Shown: piece after piece, positions 28,101 through 37,262 of the stretch
How positions within the stretch are numbered: the first letter of the stretch is position 1
Layout: the number at the start of each line of letters is the position of its first letter
NCBI GenBank assembly: GCA_030141605.1
Contig: JAQGDQ010001057.1
Span: forward strand, 1-64,000
DNA: 64,000 nucleotides
Source: Tubiluchus corallicola
Taxonomy: Eukaryota > Animalia > Priapulida
Direction: 5' to 3'
Notes under the pieces: generated by a model
Told to the model about the DNA's origin: nothing
What the model saw: only the letters and a program-made list of their open reading frames with translations
The model's database searches: none
Translations under genes and position numbers: made by a program

Positions 28101-31100
28101 TTACATATACAATATCTAGTGAAAGGGCCTACAATGAACAATACAAATAAGAAATACTGCACATAAAAAGCCTCAAACACTGTTCACCTATGTACGAAGG
28201 TAAACGTGTTGCGGGCAATCAGGGCTTGTTAGATTGTCCCACACAGTGACAGAAAGAAAAGTAATGGAAATAATCTGAAAATTTAAAGTGAATCGTGATA
28301 AAAAAACATTAGTGCTTAAAATGGAATGATGTAATGACTGAAGCTCATATATGGGATGATATAAAAGATGGAAAGACTATTATTTGTTAATAGTATGTAA
28401 AATTAAGATAACTTGATTAAGCTAACACCACTGTTTTGCAACTACTGTGAGTTAAAATAAAGTTATTGAGATTATCTGCATAACTGGTCAATACGCTGCA
28501 AATGTTTGTGCCTGTGTAAAGGCATGTCTTTGCTCGTGTGGTTGCTGGCTGCTGATGTTTGTGCCTGTGTAAAGGCATGTCTTTGCTCGTGTGGTTGCTG
28601 GCTGTGTCTGTGTAAAGGCATGTCTTTGCTCGTGTGGTTGCTGTGCCTGTGTAAAGGCATGTCTTTGCTCGTGTGGTTGCTGGCTGCTGATGTTTGTGCC
28701 TGTGTAAAGGCATGTCTTTGCTCGTGTGGTTGCCGATGTTTGTGCCTGTGTAAAGGCATGTCTTTGCTCGTGTGGTTGCTGCCTGTGTAAAGGCATGTCT
28801 TTGCTCGTGTGGTTGCTGGCTGCTGATGTTTGTGCCTGTGTAAAGGCATGTCTTTGCTCGTTTGGTTGCTGGCTGGTATTTTCAATATTAGGCAGTCAAG
28901 TTATCTAGAGCACACGCTGTTTAAAAAAGCAAACTTGTTCCCAATTACGTATTCTAATTACCAGTGCCTATTTCAGCCTAGGCGAGGCCCGGGGAAGTGG
29001 GGCGTGTGAGGCCCCATCGGGGGGGGGGGCGCTACCATGGTTGACGCCCAGAAAATTTTTGAACTGCTACAACGCCGGAGAAGTATTTTCGAAGAGAAAC
29101 TATGGAGTCATACAGTTGTTAAAGGAAAGAACAATTGAAAGAAAAACTGCTTTATTCTCAAGACCAGTCCTTAATACTTGTCAATACTGGCAAACGGCGC
29201 GCGTGCAGCGAGAGAAGGAGAGAGAGAGAGAGAGAGGGGGGGAGGGGGAAGAGGGAGAGGGAGAGACAGGCGGTAGGTTCGCATAAAGCAAAAAAATGTT
29301 ACCTTGGCGTGAGGCCCCCCTAGAGGGTGAGGCCCCGGGGAAGTATCCCCACTTCCCCCCCCCCCCCCTTGAAATAGGCCCTGCTAATTATGATACTTTG
29401 GCTTTCTTTACCAAATTAATAGCATCACGGTCGAGTAAATCCTCAGTGTTGGTGTTCTGTAGATGTTGATCAGTGTTTGCTTTTTTGATTCTTCTTCTTC
29501 TTTTGTCTTTTCCCCTGTTGGATTGCAGGTCAGGCAATTTTGGGGAACACGAATCCTGTTCATCCTCCCAGCTTTTTGCAGGATTTCCTCTGCTTCACGT
29601 ACTCGGTTCTTTGACACTAGCCAGTGAACGGATTCTGGCATAATCCTGTAACATTCAAAAACCTTTACTGGAACGTATTTGTTTTGTCCAGTTTGTCTGT
29701 CTACATGTTGTAACCCAATAAAAATGATGAACACTTTGATACAGGCAGGTTGATTTCCTTTATTGTCAAAAAAAAATGAAAAAGTGAAGCCAGTGTAGAG
29801 GGGGGTAGGTTTCAACATAAATTGCAGTCTGAAATAAAAGTAAAAGCAACATTTAGGGAAGTTTAGCTTAATAATTCACCTAAGTTTAACACTCTTATAA
29901 CAAAAATTAAAGCACTAACTGCTCAGTTTAGCAAATCAGAAAAAAACACAAAAATATAATTTAAAGCAACATACCTTGACAAACTACATTATGAAATTCA
30001 CCAATTACATTATCCACCAGCAGACTATGAGACCTGAACTACTACTGACCAACATACAACAGCCAGGACTCCTGTTACAGCTCATTAACTTTAGTTGAAA
30101 CCCAGTAAATGGTATGTAAATAGATAGTACAGTAAACAGTTTAAGAAATAGGTAAATTAATTTTACAGCCAAAAGATGGCAGCACCTCCCTAAGATACTA
30201 CAAGTTTCTGTTAAGTCTAAGTCTTAAAAAACATTCATTATGGCACAACTGCATAACAAAAAGTACATCATCAAATTGTTTCCTAAACAATACAGTATTT
30301 GGCTTCAATTTAACTCCTTTAGTTGCTTTTCCCAGTTTCGAGAAGCCAGACACATCAATCTTCATCACGTCTTTCAACTGAAAATCTGTGACGTTTTGCT
30401 AAACTACTAAGTAAGTAAAATTGTCACTACGGGTTTGTCGGTTTTCTTTTCCCTGAAAAGAGCCAGTTTATTTCACTCTTACCAGAAGTACGCAAAAATG
30501 ACAACCATTGGAATGGTTATTGCAATCTGCAAGTGTCTCCAGTCGTGGAAAGGTAGCGCCACTAGTGGCATCAGCATAATACCGAGAGACCAGAATAATG
30601 CCGAGAGCACCAGCGCCCATGCTCTTGAGTCGATTGGAATACATTCGCACATGAGGCAATACGCTGCCAGTTCTGCACCCTGAAAAAAGCAGTCAAGTTT
30701 AAGAAACCGCTTCATTACTCTATTCCTTGGCTAACATCTTCATGTGTGTAATGTACACTCTCAAACCGGGGTGGCGTTTCCATGGTAATTGAACTCAAAT
30801 GACATTAAAACCAAACATAGACAACAAAAAATGCAAACAACTGCAAATGAAAAACGTACAACAGCACATATATACAAAATTATTATCAAAGGAAAAGGGT
30901 CGTCCGATGAGGCACCGGGAAAGATTCAGATTTCGATCCCTACTCACTCTCGTCAAACTCTCCTGGTGGAGACTCAGTCACATTGATTGCCCGGGAAAGA
31001 TTCAGATTTCGATCCCTACTCACTATCTTCAAACTCTCCTGGTGGAGGCTCAATCACATTGATTGCCCGCCCTAGATGTTAAAGTGATAACTACAAACAT

Positions 31101-34100
31101 AACACGTAATATAAATCACACAGAACACCTTGTATGTTAAAGTGATAACTACACGCATAACACATAATATAAATCACACACAGAACACCTTGGACGTTAA
31201 AGTGATAACTACAGACATAACACAATATAAATCACACACAGAACACCTTGGATGTAAAAGTGATAACTACAGACATTACACATAATACAAAGCACACGCA
31301 GAACACCTTAAAGTGATAACTACAGACATAACACATAATATAAATCACACACAGAGCACCTTAATGTGATAACTACAGACGTAACACATAATACAAAGCA
31401 CACGCAGAACACCTTGGATGTTAAAGTGATAACTACACACACAACACATAATATAAATCACACACAGAACACCTTTGGATGTTAAAGTGGTAACTACAGA
31501 CAACACATAATATAAATCACATACAGAGAACATCAACGTAAACCAACTGCAACAATGACAAAAAAGAGAAGGGGCTCCTACAACATGACCACAAAGCGAC
31601 AAAAGGTTAGACAAGTTTATCATCACCAAGCTCTGCAAAAATACAAACGTGTAATCTACAAGATGATTACATATGCGAATTAGCTACAATTGTTGCTTCT
31701 ACAAAGCTACTGAAATAAGTGTTAGAAAAATGCATGGTACAGATTGCTACGTTGCACTAGAAAGCTAGAATGGATACATACATTGTTGGCCCAATACTGA
31801 GTTCAGAAATACCAGAATGTCAGCAAAAGGTAGCCAGTTGCAGCCTAATCACATGTTAAATTTGAAACAAAACCAGGGACATGCGTACACAACAAGTTAT
31901 GCCTATGTAATGTAAGAGTAGAAAAGTAGTCTGGCTTGTATCACTACAGTATAATGTAATGTGGCTTTTAATGCCTTATCTACTACCTGGGAAGGGTAAT
32001 GAGCAAAATTTTTGTACTTCGAGCAACGTGTTTTTGAAAAGTTTGTACTATGTAAATCCTGTAGATACAGAGTTCATCTGCGCAAGACGTCTGAGACTTA
32101 TATAGATGAAACTGTATACTGCCCATACGACAACATGAGACAGAAACAAGACGTGATACCAGACAGACTTAACGATAACAGACAGAGGAATGATAACGAG
32201 ATTAGAACCTAAGTTTCTTAATGATTATGTTACCTAGTTTGAGTATTGATAACCTTGATGTTGACCTTTAATTTTGTGCCCTTGATATCTGCTTACATTG
32301 ATGTTTTTCAATTTAGTTGGTCTATGTTACTTACTTTTGAAAGGAAGAGGATGTGGCGTGTTCTTATCTATGGTTTATATTTTAATGTTTGTGCTCACTA
32401 AGGTTTCCCTCACTGTTTTTAGGCATTACATTCTCTAGACTTATCATAGCAGCAGTCTTTGTGAATAAACAGATTAATAAGCAAAAAAAGACTTATGTTA
32501 AATGTTCTATACAGTTTCTAACAATGTTACAAATGTTGCCAAGATGTTACAGAGTTACCTGATACGTTGTTCTTAACCACTTAACTACCGACACAAGTGT
32601 GGCCACCATAATGCAAACGCATTTACATGTTTATCCCACTGGGTACACACTTACCCTTTTCTGTGTAGCACAAGTTATAATGGCATTGATGCGATTAAAC
32701 AGGGTTCTTCGGGACAAAAACTGTCATCTATATTCATTTTAATGTTTTGCACCAACCGTCCTTGGATCATTGATGTCAAATTCTGATTGAGATACTTAAT
32801 GGACTAAATTAGAATTGCAATTGATCAAATTTCACGTGAATCTTTACGGCATTCATGTCTACAAAGTTTTATTTTACTACTAAGGGCACAGTCTTTAAAC
32901 CAGGGGTGTGCAAATTATCTGACTAGCTGGGCCACATTAAACTTTCCCGCAATTCCTGCGGGCCACAGGCAGTTTGATCAAGGAGCCAAGTACAGAAAGG
33001 CCTAATAACAATTTTTTTGCATCCGATCTGCGTACATCATTACTACTACACTCAAGAAACTATTTTAGAAGTTATTAAAATTTATATTACAAACCATATA
33101 TTTCTACTTTCGGGACAGATAGTGGTAATTTCATTACAATGCATATTAGTAATGTGTATCACACAGTCTGTGTAGTACAGTGTTATTAAGCTACAACCGT
33201 CTTGTAAGGATAATGGCATCCGATCTAGTAGAAAAAAACTACCCGCACTATCTTTGGGATCGTGGCATGGACTTCAGCTGGATACACTCAATTAATCGCC
33301 CGGGCCGCACTTTCATTAGGTTGACAAATCTCTTCGCGGGCCGCACAAATTCTCTCGGCAGGCCGCAAGTGGCCCCGGGGGGCCGCAATTTGCACACCCC
33401 TGCTTTAAAGTGATTTTGCGAGTGTTTGTCTTTTGAAACAATCATTTCATGTTTATCGTGACAGCCATTGTTACAGAACCTTAACTGTTTGCTGCATACT
33501 AATTAAACCTATAACTAATTGCAACCAAGTTATGAAAATGAAACTCACGGTTTGAAAGACGGCTGTAAAGAACCTCATCAAAGCATACATGATGTACCCC
33601 GGTGAAAAGATCTGTAATACACCAACCAGAAGTAGCAAAATGTTTGCGCCAATCATGGTCTTCTTTCGTCCGATGAGATCCGATATTGTTGAGATCACTA
33701 GAGCCCCAACCAGCTTGCCAGCAAAGAACATGGTTGATGACAGCTCCACGTATATACTTCTGTCACACACCAGATCCCACTAAAAGAGGTAGTAAGGGTG
33801 AAAATTCGCAAAATAAGGCAGAAAAATCCAGAAATTCGTCGTCTTCCTCTACTTTTCAACTCCAAACGTATTTATCCGGTTGGATAACATAAGAAAACTT
33901 TGCACAGTTTTGTAGTGTGCACATGCAGTTGCTGTAGATCAGTGGTTAAGTGTGCCAGAGAACATTTGTGTACACTTGACAATGCATTGCAGCCCATGCT
34001 ATTGAAATACATGTAGTAAGAGTTTTAACAGCTAGCTAGAACCTTATCTACTTCATTTTTTTTATTCCGAGCAACATCCTGTTAGTAAATCATTTTGTAC

Positions 34101-35240
34101 ATAGGCGAATACATAATTAAGTCCACATAAAGCAACTGAACTGGTGGTGAAAGATGGCTTTGCATTACCCACATGTCACGTGACAGTTGTAGTTAGGACG
34201 CGGACGCAAAGGTACACTTAACCTTTGACCTACAGCAACTTCACGTGCGCGGAACGAAACTGTGAAAAGGCTTATTACCATCATGGTGTATTACCAAACC
34301 AAATTTCTCTCGTACCTCTGTGACAATTGTCTTCCCGTTACTTTCATCGTACACATACCTCTGTGACAATTGTCTTCCCGTTACTTTCATTGTACACATA
34401 CCTCTGTGACAATAGTCTTCCCGTTACTTTCATTGTACACATACCTCTGTGACAATAGTCTTCCCGTTACTTTCATCGTACACATACCTCTGTGACAATT
34501 GTCTTCCCGTTACTTTCATTATACACATACCTCTGTGACAATTGTCTTCCCGTTACTTTCATTGTACACATATCCTTCAGTACACGGTGTTATCTTGCCA
34601 GAAAAACTGCTGAAGTTCGCGTATTGTTGACAGCCGTCATAATCATCATCATCATCTGGTATAGCCTGGGTGAGATTTATGCCGTCCGGTGTGGCACAGT
34701 GAAAATCGGCCGGCTGTGCTCCCTGAAACGTGATGGCAAACACGTGCCAAGCTTGAACGACGTACCACCAACTAGTAATGGTGAAAATGAAGAACTGCCA
34801 TCTTCCATATTTGCCAAAATCGTTCAAAACGCTGTCGATTGCGTTCTTCATCGCTGTCAGTATTCACAGCTATGAGTATCTGTTTACATTATAGATAATA
34901 CTGCGTAGCTTTTGACACTACTTGTACACTGCTCGCTACATATACCAATATTTACCTGGTGAAATGTACATAAAACGTGCACTGGGTTCATCGCCAGAAA
35001 GTTATTGTGACACTAGATAGTAATTTTTCACACCTGCATAATAATAATAATCTTTGTTAAGTTGCTGATTATTTTCATTTGTACAAACCTTACTTGACAG
35101 GTCACTTAATTTTCTTCAGTTTGGATAGGGGTGGTTGACTTGGTGACCCTTGGTCTTTTCGCCACCCCGTCTCTTTTCCGTCTTTATTTTATTTTTTACT
35201 TTTTGTTTATGCTTATGTAAAATTCAGAGACATATGAATT

Positions 35241-35312
<72 letters not shown>

Positions 35313-37178
35313 TGTGTCAAGTCGGCTTTTTAGATAAACTATTAGCGTGAGCTCCAAAGAGCTTTTGGACCGACTGTAAATAAGAATATACAACTATGTA
35401 ACAGAGACTATTATTACCTTTCATTATGAATACTCATATTTTAACTAGAAGCCTTACTCGTTTTATACAAAACTCTTACTTGAAGAGACAAAAAGAAATC
35501 TATAAGTAATGACTGTGTAATCTTGTACTGAGTTGTAAAGTAATCTTGTACCATGAATTTGAATTTATGAATTTATTCCACAGCAACTCAAACATACATA
35601 TAAATTGATATTACATTGAAAAAAAACATAAACTATGCGAGTTACTGTGAGGAGGAGGAAGGAGCATTAAGCTTTCGAGTCCTCCTCCAGATAAGTGAAA
35701 CAATTGACAAATAACATTGCATTTTCATCAGTTATAACGTACATTAGAACAAAATAAGTTTTGTTAGTAACTTAAGATCAGGATGAGTAAAATTGTGAGT
35801 TAATTATACCGTTGTAGTAGGTAATTCTTTGATGCTTTTTTAAATTGATAAAGATTAAGAGTTTTCATTTCACTCGGAATTGATGACCATATTTTAATAG
35901 CATTATATTTTGATGACTGTTTTATTATATTTGTTTTTGGAAGAGGGAGTACATAGTTTCCGACTGAATATCTTGGGTAATGATCATGTTGATTTGAAAC
36001 TGGACTAAAGTATGACTGAAAAGCTGGTGGAAGTAGTGAGTTATGATACTGATACATGAAATGAAGACAATACATGTCATATATTTCTTTCACTTTAAGA
36101 GTTTTAACAGACAAATAAATTATATTTGTGAGATGGTCATACCTTACATGATATATTAGTTTGAAAATTTTGTTCTGGGTAATCTGTAAAGCTTCCAGAT
36201 TACTTTTATATACATGAATAATGATATAAACAGTACAAATTTTTATCAAGTGTACACTTTACAATAATCTTTTGGCCTTAGTAGGTAGTGACGAGTAATC
36301 CTAAATGGCTGGGTTTATATCTAAGTTTTCGTCATGCACACTACAATGAAACGGATTGTAATGTGTGATTTAACGTAAACACGTCACTTGAATAAATATT
36401 TTCTCACTCACTCTCATTACCCCACTTTTACCCTAAATACCAGGGGACAGGTAGGGCAACAGCAGGTACCATTTTTATAGTCTTTAGGATGACCCGGCTT
36501 CAGTATCGAACTCATGACAGCGGACACATTACCACTAGGACGATTGATTGATTGATAGGTGGCGTATACTACTAAAGCTGGCTTCGTTTTAAACACTTTC
36601 AGGAAATGCACGTTTGTAAAAATGCGAAAAGAAAACGAATAATTATAGAATGCAGGAGTAAATTGCTTGACACCAACAGACATATTTCCACAGAGAAAAA
36701 AGGTTTAAATACAAAATAGAAACGTATTGCAAGATTGTCCCGAAAAAATCAATAGCACTATAACAGTCTTTTGCAACACATTTCTTTCCTTACTCCATGT
36801 TTCTTGTAGGCAAGTCACGCAACCTACTGTCCAGAATAACAAATGAATTGGGTAAATCTTCTTTAGTATGAAGATAATTAAATGTTGCAAGAAATTTTTC
36901 ATTGCCTGTATTTGCGCGGAAGCTCCTGACTGCTAATCTCATTCACTTTGCAAATAAACCTCATTTGGTTGCAAAAAAACTTTCAAGGTCGGCAAGAAAA
37001 TCATTTGAACTGAGTTTCTCTAGCGTCGTTGCCTGGAAGTCGAAATTTTGTGAGTGCAGCCAGCTGTAATGCAAATGTGATGTAATGAAATTTTTGACTT
37101 GGTTTCACAAAACTCGTCTGGCATCAACAATGAGACTAGTTCCCATTCTCCCTAACGTGAAAACATGCGCTATTATTT

Positions 37179-37228
<50 letters not shown>

Positions 37229-37230
37229 GC

Positions 37231-37262
<32 letters not shown>

